Below, piece after piece: positions 12,131 through 24,489 of a DNA stretch of 64,000 bases. The translations under genes were made by a program, and so were the position numbers. This DNA is from Hypanus sabinus (lineage: Eukaryota): contig NC_082711.1 of NCBI RefSeq assembly GCF_030144855.1, positions 128,278,001 to 128,342,000 on the forward strand, given 5' to 3'. Each line of letters opens with the position of its first letter. The stretch's first letter is position 1. Below the pieces are notes generated by a model, which was not told the origin of the DNA, did not search any database, and saw only the letters and a program-made list of their open reading frames with translations.

Positions 12131-12463
12131 GTAAGGGGTCATATTTCAGTTAAGTGGGGTTCCAACACACAGCTAGAGTGGGGAGGAAGTGGCCCACACG
12201 CCGAGGGGTGACCGGGAACCGGCACCTTGCCATCTCCACCCCCTTGATCTGAAATAATCTGGGACGGGAGGGCAGGCCGCATCCGTGGTGGGACTCCTCC
12301 ACTCAATTCCAGCAGAGGTGGAACTGTGCAGAGCTCAATTTGTTGTAATTTCTCTGGTGGAATTGCCATGTGTATTCTGAAAGTGAAAGGAGCTTTTGCC
12401 ATGCAGTCAGATCGTCACTTAGGTACACCGAGATAGTTTAAAAATGCAGTTAAGAGACCAATA

Positions 12464-15400
12464 CACTCAGTGGCACTTTATTAGGTGTACCTCTTTCAAT
12501 AGGCAGTAGGTGCAGGAGTATGCCATTCGGCCCTTCTAGCCAGCACCGCCAATCACTGTGATCATGGCTGATCATACACAATCAGTACCCCGTTCCTGCC
12601 CTCTCCCCATATCCCTTGACCCCGCTATCTATAAGAGCTCTATCTAACTCTCTCTTGAATGCATCCAGAGACTTGGCCTCCACTGCCTTCTGGGGCAGAG
12701 CATTCCACTTAGCCACCACTCTCTGGGTGAAAAGGTTTTTCCGCTCTGTTCTAAATGGCCTACCCTTTATTCTTAAATTGTGGCCTCTAGTTCTGGACTC
12801 ACCCATCAGTGGGAACATGCTTCCTGCCTCCAGTGTGTCCAATCCCTTAATAATCTTATATGTTTCAATCAGATCCCCTCTCATCCTTCTAAATTCCAGT
12901 GTATACAAGCCCATTGGCTCCAATCTTTCAACATATGACAATCCGCCATTCCGGGAATTAACCTTGTGAACGTATGCTGCACTCCCTCAATAGCAAGAAT
13001 GTCCTTCCTCAAATTTGGAGACCAAAACTGCACACAATACTCTAGGTGGGGTCTCACCAGGGCCCTGTACAGCTGCAGAAGGACTTCTTTACTCCTATAT
13101 TCAATTCCTCTTGTTATAAAGGCCAGCATGCCATTAGCTTTCTTTACTGCCTGCTGTACCTGCATGCTTGCTTTCATTGACTGATGTACAAGAACACCTA
13201 GATCTCGTACTTCCCCTTTTCCCAACTTGACTCCATTTAGATAGTAATCTGCCTTCCTGTTCTTGCCACCAAGTGGATAACCTCACATTTATCCACATTA
13301 AACTGCATCTGCCATACATTTGCCCACTCACCCAACCTGTCCAAGTCACCCTGCATTCTCAAAACATCCTCCTAACATTTCTTTATGTCTTCGGCAAATT
13401 TGCTAATGTTACTTTTAATCCCTTCATCTAAATCATTAATGTATATTGTAAACAGCTGCGGTCCCAGCACCGAACCTTGCGGTACCCCACTGGTCACAGC
13501 CTGCCATTCCGAAAGGGACCCGTTAATCACTACTCTTTGTTTCCTGTCAGCCAGCCAATTTTCAATCCATGTCAGTACTCTGCCCCCAATACCATGTGCC
13601 CTAATTTTGCTCACTAATCTCCTATGTGAGGCTTTATCAAAAGCTTTCTGGAAGTCCAGGTACACTACATCCACTGGCTCTCCCTTGTCCATTTTCATAG
13701 TTACATCCTCAAAAAACTCCAGAAAATTAGTCAAGCATGATTTTCCCTTCATAAATCCATGCTGACTCGGACTGATCCTTCTACTGCTATCCAAATGTGT
13801 CATAATTTTCTCTTTTATAATTGACTCCAGCATCTTTCCCACCACGTCAGGCTAACTGGCCTATTTTTCTCTCCCTCCTTTCTTGAAAAGTGGGACAACA
13901 TTAGCCACCCTCCAATCAGCAGGAACTGTTCTTGAATCTATAGAACATTGGAAAATGATTACCAATGCGTCCACGATTTCTAGAGCCACCTCTCTAACTA
14001 CCCTGGGATGCAGAACATCAGGTCCCAGGGACTTATCAGCCTTCAGACTGAACAGTCTATCCAACACCGTTTCTTGCCTAATATAAATTTCCTTCAGTTC
14101 AACCTTTATCCTAGTCCCTTTGGCCACTATTGCATCTGGGAGATTGTTTGTGTCTTCCCTAGTGAAGACAGATCCCAAGTACCTGTTCAACTCATCTGCC
14201 ATTTCCTTGTTCCCCATAATAAATTCACCCGTTTCTGTCTACAATGGCCCAATTTTGGTCTTAACTATTTATTTTGCTATTCACATACCTAAAGAAGCTT
14301 TTACTATCCTCCTTTATATTCTTGGCTAGTTTACCTTTGTACCTCATTTTTTCTTGGCGTATTGCCTTTTTTGTTATCTTCTGTTGCTCTTTAAAAGCTT
14401 CCCAGTCCTCTGGTTTCCTGCTCATCTTTGCTCTGTTATACTTCTCTTTTATTTTTATTTTGGCCTTTACTTCCCTCGTCAGCCACGGCCGCCCCTTACT
14501 CTCCATAGGATCTTTCTTCCTCTTTGGAATGAACCGATCCTGCAACTTCTGCATTATTCCCAGAAATAACTGCCATTTTTGTTCCACTGTCTTCCCTGCT
14601 GGGGTATTGTTCCATTGAACTTTGGCCAGTTCCTCCCTCATAGCTCCATAGTTCCCTTTGTTCAACTGTTTACTGACACATCCAATTTTCCCTTCTCCTT
14701 CTCAAATTGTAGGTTAAAACATATCATGTTATGGTCACTACCTCCTAATGGTTCCTTTACCTCGAGGTCCCTTTCTTTAGAACTTTTGAAAGATTTTGAC
14801 AAGAACAGGCCATTCAGCCCAACAAAGCTTGCCAAAGAGATCACTATTGATTTTAGATTTGAAAATCTCCAAAGTACTATTCTCAATTGCACAACTAGTT
14901 TGTTCCATGTGTCCACAACTTGCTGTGTGAAGAAATGCTTCCTGATGTTAGTCTGAAACCTCCCTTTAACCAGTCTCCACCTCTGGCCCCATGTCCTTGA
15001 AGTAGCAGCTGGCATCCACCTCAATGATTTTGAACACTCCTATCATGTCTCCTCTCATTCTATGTCTACTTAGGCTAAAATGTAGATCGCAAGTATCTAA
15101 TCATTTGGCAGCAACTCACTGCATAAAAGTACGTGACATGGTCACAAGATAGCTGTTCAGACCAAACTTTAGAGTGGGGGAGAATGTGATTCTGACCATG
15201 GAATAACAGTTGATGTCAGACAGGCTTCATTATCTGGGAAACTGCTGAACTTCTAAGATTTTCATGCTCAATGGTCTCTGGAGTTTTCAGAGAGTGGTGT
15301 GAATGTTTTAAAAGAAAAGTCCAGTGAGCAGCAGTTCTGCGGGCAAAAACTCTTTGGTTAATGAGTGAGGGTAGAGGTGAATGGCCTGGTGCTGTGCATG

Positions 15401-15551
15401 CCCTGATTGGTCAGAACATATCTGACAGGAAGGTGGTAGTAACTTGTTACAACAGTGGCGTACAGACGAGCATTTCTGAATTCACACATGAAGTGGGTGG
15501 GCTTCTGCTGCAGAGGACCATGAACAGTCCTGATAAAGTGGTCACTGATTG
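12464..15551 (+). mobile_element. Non-autonomous Tc1-like MITE split by two CR1 insertions
   Basis: Left TIR ta|CACTCAGTGGCACTTTATTAGG at 12464. Body resumes near 15081. Right TIR CCTGATAAAGTGGTCACTGATTG|ta ends at 15551. An uninterrupted sibling lies at 62025-62520. Confidence 0.8.
12498..14770 (-). mobile_element. Relatively young 5'-truncated CR1 LINE (ORF2 linker, RT and 3' tail)
   Basis: Long RT peptides ([58 protein letters not shown]). Flanked by CTTTC at 12493-12497 and 14771-14775. Confidence 0.92.
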
Positions 15552-16448
15552 TATTACAAGGATGAGGAAGGAAGAAATTGAGAGGTCTGCAGTTCACGTA
15601 GGGTATGAGAGGTCTGTTCAAGAGTCTGATGAAAGTGGGATAGTCTTTCCCTGATCCTGACCTTGTCTGATGAGCTTCATTGATAAAGTTGCTCTTTTTC
15701 CTTATCACACATAAAGAAGTCTTTCGGTCCATCGAGTGTTGGCTCAAACCAATGCCTTTTGTCATCCTATATCTCTGATAACATTTTGCACCCATCAGTT
15801 CCGTGATTCTTCCAGGAATTGCGGCCCTGTTTGAGTTCTGACCCAAAGTGGTGACAATTCCTTTTCTTCAGTAACCACCACCCCCCCCCCCCCCCCATGC
15901 TGCCTGATCCTCCAGCAGACTGTTGCTTTAGATTCCAGTGTGTCAGTTTTGTGTATTGTTATGTACCCCTAAGGTTCATATTTTCTGTGGACTATCACTT
16001 TAAAATGTCGGGAGAATGAGAGACTGGCTTTTGGACAGAGAGAGAGAGAGAGAGAGACAGACAGAAACTGCTCGAAAAATTGATCTTATGGTTTCTCTAC
16101 AAGCTTGTTTACCTTTCCACGAGGACACTTGCCTGCTTGTAAAAGTTCTTACAGAGCGAGGCGGGACACGTGGAGATGAATACCAGGTCCGCTGATACAC
16201 AGGGACAGACACACGGCTTCACACGGACACTGAATCAGCTTTGTTGCACCCACAGGCAGGTGGGGTTTTTGGAGGATCGATTCGGGGAAATTGATCAGTG
16301 GCTCTATCAGTGTGAAAAGGTGCGACCGGTGGGGAATTATTTGTGCATCCACCCTCACCTGGGTGATAATTCCATCACTGAAGAACGGTCGTACGTGTTA
16401 TGATCACAGTCAGTGACTTCAACAGGATTTCGGAAGACAACGGGAAGA

Positions 16449-17050
16449 NNNNNNNNNNNNNNNNNNNNNNNNNNNNNNNNNNNNNNNNNNNNNNNNNNNN
16501 NNNNNNNNNNNNNNNNNNNNNNNNNNNNNNNNNNNNNNNNNNNNNNNNNNNNNNNNNNNNNNNNNNNNNNNNNNNNNNNNNNNNNNNNNNNNNNNNNNNN
16601 NNNNNNNNNNNNNNNNNNNNNNNNNNNNNNNNNNNNNNNNNNNNNNNNNNNNNNNNNNNNNNNNNNNNNNNNNNNNNNNNNNNNNNNNNNNNNNNNNNNN
16701 NNNNNNNNNNNNNNNNNNNNNNNNNNNNNNNNNNNNNNNNNNNNNNNNNNNNNNNNNNNNNNNNNNNNNNNNNNNNNNNNNNNNNNNNNNNNNNNNNNNN
16801 NNNNNNNNNNNNNNNNNNNNNNNNNNNNNNNNNNNNNNNNNNNNNNNNNNNNNNNNNNNNNNNNNNNNNNNNNNNNNNNNNNNNNNNNNNNNNNNNNNNN
16901 NNNNNNNNNNNNNNNNNNNNNNNNNNNNNNNNNNNNNNNNNNNNNNNNNNNNNNNNNNNNNNNNNNNNNNNNNNNNNNNNNNNNNNNNNNNNNNNNNNNN
17001 NNNNNNNNNNNNNNNNNNNNNNNNNNNNNNNNNNNNNNNNNNNNNNNNNN
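16449..17050. other. Assembly gap (602 N)
   Basis: Run of n characters. Confidence 1.
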
Positions 17051-18757
17051 TCTTGGCCCTTCTAGTCTAGTTCCACTGGCCCGCACTCAGCCCATAACCC
17101 TCCATTCCTTTCCTGTCCATGTACCTATCCAATTTTACTTTAAATGACAATACCGAACCTGCCTCTACCACTTCTACTGGAAGCTCATTCCACACAGCTA
17201 CCACTCTCTGAGTAAAGAAATTCCCCCTCGTGTTACCCTTAAATTTTTGCCCCCTAACTCTCAAATCATGTCATCTTGACAAGATAGAGGCAGGAAATAT
17301 GTTCCAGATGCTGGGAGAGTCCAGTACCAGAGGGCATGGTTTGAGAATAAGGGGTAGGTCATTTAGGACAGAGTTAAGGAAAAACTTCTTCTCCCAGAGA
17401 GTTATGGGGGTCTGGAATGCACTGCCTCAGAAGGCAGTGGAAGCCAATTCTCTGGATGCTTTCAAGAAGGAGCTAGATAGGAATCTTATGGATAGGGGAA
17501 TCAAGGGATATGGGGACAAGGCAGGAACCGGTATTGATAGTAGATGATCATCATTTCCTACCAAAATGGCGGTGCAGGCTCGAAGGGCCGAATGGTCTAC
17601 TTCTGCACCTATTGTCTATTGTTTGAATCTCCCCTGCTCTCAATGGAAAAAGCCTATCCACGTCAACTCGATCTATCCCCCTCATTATTTTAAATACCTG
17701 TATCAAGTCCTCCCTCAACCTTCTATACTCCAAAGAATAAAGACCTAACTTGTTCAACCTTTCCCTGTAACTTAGGTGCTGAAACCCAGGTAACATTCTA
17801 GTAAATCTTCTCTGTACTCTCTCTATTTTGTTGATATCTTTCCTTGTAATTCGGTGACCAGAACTGTACACAATACTCCAAATTTGGCCTTACCAATGCC
17901 TTGTACAATATTAACATTACATCCCAACTCCTATACTCAATGCTCTGATTTATAAAGGCCAAAAGCTTTCTTCACCAACCTATCCACATGAGATTCCATC
18001 TTCAGGGAACTATGCACCATTATTCCTAGATCCCTCTGTTCTACAGCATTCTTCAATGCCTGCTATTTACCATGTATGTGCTATTTGGATTATTCCTACC
18101 AAAATGTAGCACCTCATACTTATCAGTATTAAACTCCATCTGCCATCATTCAGCCCACTCTTCTAACTGGCCTAAATCTCTGCAAGTTTTGAAAACCTAC
18201 TTCATTATCCACAACGCCTCCTACCTTAGTATCATCTAATTCAATTTACCACCCCATCATCCAGATCATTAATGTATATGACAAACAACGTTGGTCCCAG
18301 TACAGATCCCTGAGGCACACCACTAGTCACCGGCCTCCAACCTGACAAACAGTTATCCACCACTACTCTCTGGCATCTCCCATCCAGCCATTGTTGAATC
18401 CATTTTATTACTTCAATATAAATACCTAACGATTGAACCTTCCTAACTAATCTTCCGTGTGGAACCTTTTCAAAGGCCTTACTGAAGTCCATATAGACAA
18501 CATCCACTGCTCTCCCTTGTCAACTTTCCTCGTAACCTCTTCAAAAAATTCAATAAGATTTGTCAAACATGACCTTTCACACGCAAATCCATGTTCACTG
18601 TTCCTAATCAGACCCTGTCTATCCAGATAATTATATATACCATCTCTAAGAATACTTTACATTAATTTACCCACCACTGACGTCAAACTGACAGGCCTAT
18701 AATTGCTAGGTTTACTCTTAGAACCCTTTTTAAACAATGGAACCACATGAGCAATCC
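17051..18757 (-). mobile_element. CR1 RT/3' fragment (minus) with a plus-strand CR1 3' piece inserted at about 17272-17620
   Basis: Minus strand gives [16 protein letters not shown] and [10 protein letters not shown]. The plus-strand insert gives MFQMLGESSTRGH...KNFFSQRV. Confidence 0.85.
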
Positions 18758-19204
18758 ATTCGCCCCTGGGTTTGAAAGAGCCTAGTTTTGTTCCTATTTC
18801 CACACTTATGTACGTATATATCATTGCTAACCTGTTTGATAGATCTGCATTTATTATTACTATATTGCATAGTTACTAATAAACACTATTGGTTAATAGC
18901 AATACCAGACTCCAAAGTGTTTTCCATTTCTGCTGGTTCTGTAACCCGTCACGAGGTACGTGACAGTATGAACCAACCAGTGGTGAAAGAAGCACCCAGT
19001 GGTCACATTGAGATGTGCCAGACAACAGCAGAGACCAGGATTCTACCTGAGATATTGGGGTGGTGTGAATTAGCTGCCCCACCTTCTCTGCTACATTGAT
19101 TGGCCTGCCTGCCAGGCATAATTCAGCTCTTTGTCCAACTTCTGGGCAGTGCATCTAAGAGTTCTTTTACTTGTGTATGTTTATGATTGTAGTGCATGGT
19201 AATA

Positions 19205-19400
19205 AATGGCATGTATCGTAGCGGTTAGCGCACGCAGCGTTATTATGGCTCGGGGTGTTCCGGTGTTTGATGTTCAATTCCGGCACTGTTCTGTATGAAG
19301 TCTCCTCGTCTCGTCCGCGTAGAAAGCACAGGGTTTCCCAGGGCGCTGTGGTTTCCAACAAAGGTGCACCAGGTAGCTTAATTAGGTTAGAATTAATTAT
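19205..19400 (+). mobile_element. tRNA-derived SINE, degenerate
   Basis: A-box-like gtagcggttagc, B-box-like gttcaattcc, and a central gggtttcc...gtggtttcc domain. Confidence 0.55.
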
Positions 19401-19463
19401 AAGTGGAATGGCTACTCATTAAATAACAGTTTTCAGCCAGCAACTTCTTCATTTGCTCTCCAG

Positions 19464-19614
19464 GTGACAAAGCATTTGCAGAATTCCTGATGGATGAAAT
19501 CAAAGAGGAAAAAAAGATTCAGAAGAGTTCCACCCTGCCAAAAGTCTCCGGAGGCTGGGAGATCAGATTGAATGGGACAGAAGCAAAACTTGTACAAAAA
19601 GTTGAAGGTGAAAG
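19464..19614 (+). CDS. C1QBP: C1QBP exon 2
   Basis: cag|GT...AG|gtaaat. Encodes DKAFAEFLMDEIKEEKKIQKSSTLPKVSGGWEIRLNGTEAKLVQKVEGE. 151 nt, phase-compatible. Confidence 0.96.
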
Positions 19615-21706
19615 GTAAATTCCCTGCTGACTCATTCGGTATTGGTTCCCCTGTGCCTGTTCCTTCCTTTTTCCATTTGCTGTTCTGCAGAGCATGGTGC
19701 TGGTTTTGTTTAAAACCACTGTAACAATAAAGCCGATACCAGTCTTAGTCAGATAAATACCTGGTTGAGCTAGTGTTTGAGTCTTGCTGAGGGAGTGTTG
19801 GATTGTAAAGGATTGAAAGTGGGTCATTATTTGACAGCACTTTACTCTTTAATTTTATTGATAGAATGAACGAATTTCAAAGCAAATGGATGTTTTCTTT
19901 TAATGGATATTACCACCAGACAGTAAGAAGTGCAATAATCATAATGTGTCTTAATGATGTTGGCAAAGAAATTGGATTGGTAAAGAACTCCTACTGTTCT
20001 TTGAACACTGCTGATAAATCTCGGTAAATAGTGACAGTACAAATTCCAGTGCAGCCCCAAGACTTTCTAACTTGTGCAATATTTAGCACCAGGTACAGAT
20101 CTACAGGAGGCTGCCATTGGGTACAAGGTTCACTGTTTTGGTGAATAGGGGAAAGTAGTATCGTTTGAATTTAAAATAAACGTGTTAATGTAATAAGCAT
20201 CAATAGACGTTTAAAGTGTGGGGATAAACTCGAGATGTAACATCACAGGACACTTGGGTGTGTGTGTATTGGTTCACTGTTCTCTTTGTAAACGTAGAAC
20301 AGTACAGCACAGGACAGGCCATTCAGCCTGTGGTGTTGTGCCGAACCAGCTAGAAAGCAAATCAAAACCACCCAAACACTAATCCCTCCATCTTCCTTAT
20401 ATCCATGTGCCGATCCAAACCTCTTAAAAGCCTCCAATGTGTTTGCCTCTGCCACCTCACCAGGCAGCGTGTTCCAATGCAAAGTGTAAAATGACCATTA
20501 TAACAAGATTAAGCTATAGTCAAAGATAAGAGATGTTTTTAAAAAATATGGCAGGGTGAGCATACTGGAGTTGGTGCAAGGCCGTGTGGGGGGTTCTGAG
20601 TATGTATGAGGTAGCTGTGAGTTTCAGTTGGACAATCTCAGATGAGAGAGCCATGCTGCCACGTGGACTGCTGAGACCCTGGTCAATCTCGTTAATGCTT
20701 CTTGGTAGAGGGGCTTTTATATTTAGGAGTGAAAAAAATGCTGAAGTGGCAGCACCATTGCCCGGCTAAATTGGCTATAAAGGCAAAGGCTAACCCTAAC
20801 CCTTGATATAACTCCAGCATTCTGAGAACAAGTTCTCTCCCCCTCCCCCCCCCCCCCCCCACGGACAGACTGAGACACACACACACATACTGCGGTGTCT
20901 GAAATTTGTTGATTGAAAGAGGAATCCCCAATTTAAAATACTTGCCTGTGGACTTGAAGAGCTGTGTCCTGTGGGGTTACAGACCCGTGCTAAAAGCTGG
21001 GATTAGGCTGGATAACTCTTGCACCCATTGTGTGGCTGGAAACAAGCCTACTGTCTGTGCCAGCCACCATGTACCCATTTTGATAATCCCATTTTCAGAG
21101 CTTTGCCTTCTGTGTTGTGAGTAACTGCCTCCACCACCCAATCAGGTATGGCATTCCTGAAAAGTTCTTCCTCACATTTCTTCAAAATTCTAATTTAAAC
21201 TCGTGCTTAAAGGCATCTCTGCACAAAGGAAAAGTTCCTCACTATCTACCTTATCTATGCCCTGCAAAATTTAGTGTAGCTTGGTTCTCTCCACATGATT
21301 CTCTGCTTCAAAGAAAACACACCCAGTGTGTCAGGCCCATCCTGACGGCTGAGATGTTCCATCCAAGGCAACATTCCGGTGAACCTTCTCTCTGCCATCT
21401 ACAGTGAAGTCCCATCCTCTAACAGAAGGCCACTGATGGATTGAAGGTCACAATTTTTGGCTTATAACTTTTCCGGTTCTATAATGAAGTTTAGAAATTA
21501 ACACAAAAATCTGATCTTTATTTCCAGTGATCATAGACTTGGGTGGGAACAGTAGGTGTCAAAGTTGTCTGTTTTTCAAATTACCTTACAAATAATTCAA
21601 AACTCATATTTAGTTTAACATTAGCAATTACAGTCTAAGCAGTGCAGGTTTCCTGCAGTAAAGCTTGTTCCTGGGGATGGTGACTTTTCATGTCTTCCTG
21701 TTGTAG

Positions 21707-21794
21707 GATCACAGTTAGTTTTAACGTTAACAACAGTATTCCACCAACGATGGAAAAGGCTCAACAGGAAGAACAGAACGATGCTGAGAATGAG
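21707..21794 (+). CDS. C1QBP: C1QBP exon 3
   Basis: tag|G...GAG|gtgaga. Encodes ITVSFNVNNSIPPTMEKAQQEEQNDAENE. 88 nt. Confidence 0.95.
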
Positions 21795-22334
21795 GTGAGA
21801 CAAATGGTTATTCTTTGTCACCGTAAGTCTATCTCTGCCGAATAGGTCTGGGAAGTAGTTCTGTAACTGCTGTGAAGTATGGAAGGTGGGGTGATGATTC
21901 AGTGGGATCTTCTACAGTAGAGGTTGCTGGTACAAGGTGAAGTGGTTGATCCTGGTAACTGACTGGCCATCAAGTTTGGAGTTGTGTTGTAGTAGAGCAT
22001 GGGAAGGTTAGTCAAGTCTGTTCTGCCATCTTGTAGGATCATGGTTCAAGTAATCTTTGTTCGTAAGTCACCTTGCACATCTAATTTATTAGCCATTGAT
22101 TCTAATATTAAAATACATCTGACCCACGAGCATGACGCAGCATCCTTAGCATTGCGACAGTACTCAAGAAATTGCTCTTGCTTGTGTTCTTACTGCCATG
22201 TCCTGTCATTACAGGAAAGACATTGCAATAAGGATAAAATATCCTTGTCATATACTTGCCGCATATACCTGTGTATTTCTCCATCCATTTAAACTCATGC
22301 ACAAGACCCTTTCATGTGATCTGTCCTCGTTGCA

Positions 22335-23548
22335 GCTCAATAGTTAGGGAGACGTAGGAGATCCTGCAGCAGCAAAAGAGACACCAGGAGAGTGTGTTGT
22401 CTCCCAGGTGCTAGGGTCCCAGGGTCTCTCTGAGCATTGCAGAATATTCTAGAAGGGGAGGGTGAGCAGCTGGTATATGTTGATAACAATGACATAGGCA
22501 GGAGAGGGGTGGAGGTTCTGCACAGTAAGTTTAGGGAGTTAGGAAGGAGGCTGAAGAGCAGGACCTCCAAGGTGGTAATCTAAGGATCACTGCCAATGCC
22601 ACGAGCTGGGGAAGGTCAGAACAGGAAGATAGCGCAGATGAATGAGTGACGGAGGAGATGGTGCAGTGGGCAGGGTTTCAAGTTCTAGGATCAGTGGAAT
22701 CTTTCCTGGGGAAGGGGTGATCTGTACAAATGGGATGGGTTGCTCCTGAACTGAAGGGGAACCGATATCATAGAAGAGATCAAACACGAGGAAATCTGCA
22801 GATGCTGGAAATTCAAGCAACACACACAAAATGCTGGTTGAACGCAGCAGGCCAGGCAGCATCTATAGGAAAAAGCACTGTCGACGTTTTGGGCCGAGAC
22901 CCTTCGTCAGGAATGACAAAGAGTCTCGGCCCGAAACGTCGACAGTGCTTCTTCCTATAGACACTGCATGGCCTGCTGCGTTCCACCAGCATTTTGTGTG
23001 TGTTCATAGGAGAGATGTTTGCTAATGATATTGGGGAGGGTTTAAACTAGATTTGTAGGGGGGGTGGAAACTGAAGTGAAGAGGCAGGGGATGGGGAGGT
23101 TGGAGCACAAGTAGAGACAGCTTGTAGGGAGTTTGTGAGGAAGGATGGGCAGATGATAGAGCAAAGAACCACTCAGATGGTTTGAGATGAGTCTATTTTA
23201 ATACAAGGCGGATGAACTTAAGCGTGGGGAGCAATACATGGAACTGATGTTGTGGCCATTACAGGGTCTTGGATGAGTTGGGCATGAATGGCTGCTGTGT
23301 GTGCTGGGCTTTAAATGTTTCAGAAAGGACAGAGGGAGGCAAAAGATGTGGGGGTGTGGCACTGTTGATCAGAGATAGTGTCACAGCTGCAGAAAAGGAG
23401 GTAGATATGGAGGGATTGTCTACGGAGTCTCTGTGGGTGGAAGTTAGGAACAGGAAGGGGTCAATCACTACTGGGTGTTTTTTTTTATATAGCCCCCCCC
23501 CCCAAATAGTAAGAGACTTCAAGGAGCAGATAGGGAAGGAGATTCTGG
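22335..23548 (+). mobile_element. CR1 ORF1 (esterase) and APE fragment, interrupted by a palindromic Penelope-derived element
   Basis: Homologous to 6000-7160. Encodes the ESLWVEVRNRKGSIT APE peptide. Confidence 0.8.
22781..23004. mobile_element. Palindromic miniature Penelope-derived element (two inverted hammerhead-bearing termini) with 12-bp TSD
   Basis: 22819-23004 is a near-perfect inverted repeat. TSD CATAGAAGAGAT (22769-22780) and CATAGGAGAGAT (23005-23016). The sequence equals the terminus of the Penelope element at 33172-33938. Confidence 0.85.
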
Positions 23549-23549
23549 A

Positions 23550-24470
23550 ATGGTGCTGCTCTTTATATTCTGTACCTCTAAAAATGAATGCCAACATGGC
23601 ATTTGCCGCCTTCTCACAACCAACTCAACCTGGAGGTTAACCTTGAGGGTATCCTGCACAAGGACTCCCAAGTCCCTTTGCATCTCTGCATTTTGAATTC
23701 TCTCCCCATCTAAATAATAGTCTGCCATTTATTTTTTCTGCCAAAGTGCATGACCATATACTTTCCAACGTTGTATTTTATTTGCCACTTCTTTGCCCAT
23801 TCCCCTAAACTATCTAAATCTCTCTGTTTTCTCAACACTACCCACTCTTCCATTTATCTTTGTATCATAGGCAAATTTAGCCACAAATCCATTAATCTCA
23901 TAGTCCAAATCATTGGCATACATTGTAAAAAGCAGCAGTCCCAACACGAACCCCTGTGGAACTCCACTGGTAATTGGCAGCCAGCCAGACTGAATAGGAT
24001 CCCCTTATTCCCACTCTCTGTTTTCTGCCGACCTGCTAAAGCTCCACCCATGCTAGTAACTCCCTTGTAATTCCACGGGCTCTTATCTCGCTAAGCAGCC
24101 TCATGTGCGGCACCTTGTCAAAGACCTTCTGGAAATCCAAGTATACTACATCTACTACATCTCCTTTGTCCACCCTGTTTGTAATTTCTTCAAAAGAATT
24201 GCAGTAGGTTTGTCAGGCAGTATTTTCCTTTCAGGAAACCATGTTGGCTTTAGCCTATCTTGTCATGTGCCTCTAGGTACTCCGTAATCTCACCCCTAAC
24301 AATCAACTCCAGCAACTTCCCAACCACTGATGTCAGGCTAACAGGTCTATAGTTTCCTTTCTGCTGCTTCCCACCCTTCTTAAATAGCGGAATTTGCAAT
24401 TTTCTGGTGCAGTGCCAGAATCTATTGATTCTTGAAGGATCATTGTTAATGCCCTGCAATCTCTCCAGCT
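23550..24470 (-). mobile_element. CR1 RT fragment
   Basis: NYRPVSLTSVVGKLLE and RDLGVLVQDTLKVNLQV peptides. Confidence 0.85.
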
Positions 24471-24489
24471 AAAGGTTCAAGAAACTAGT

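Larger units (their letters stand above)
15957..18965 (+). mobile_element. LTR-type insertion with TSD GTAT, containing an assembly gap and nested CR1 copies (17051-18757)
   Basis: Termini TGTTATGTACCCC and GAGGTACGTGACA. GTAT at 15953-15956 and 18966-18969. The 3' end resembles that of the 1892-2755 LTR. Confidence 0.75.

Noticed and set aside
16355-17147. Three ORFs of more than 220 aa
   Set aside because: Artefacts of translating the N gap.
19205-19400. tRNA gene (also considered at 40712-40955)
   Set aside because: A/B-box-like motifs are present but there is no cloverleaf, and the sequence continues into SINE body and tail.
22878-22945. Calling the two hammerheads in the palindrome active ribozymes
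   Set aside because: Both carry substitutions in conserved core positions (GAAA to AAAA on minus; CUGACGA to AUGACAA on plus). They are reported only as relics.
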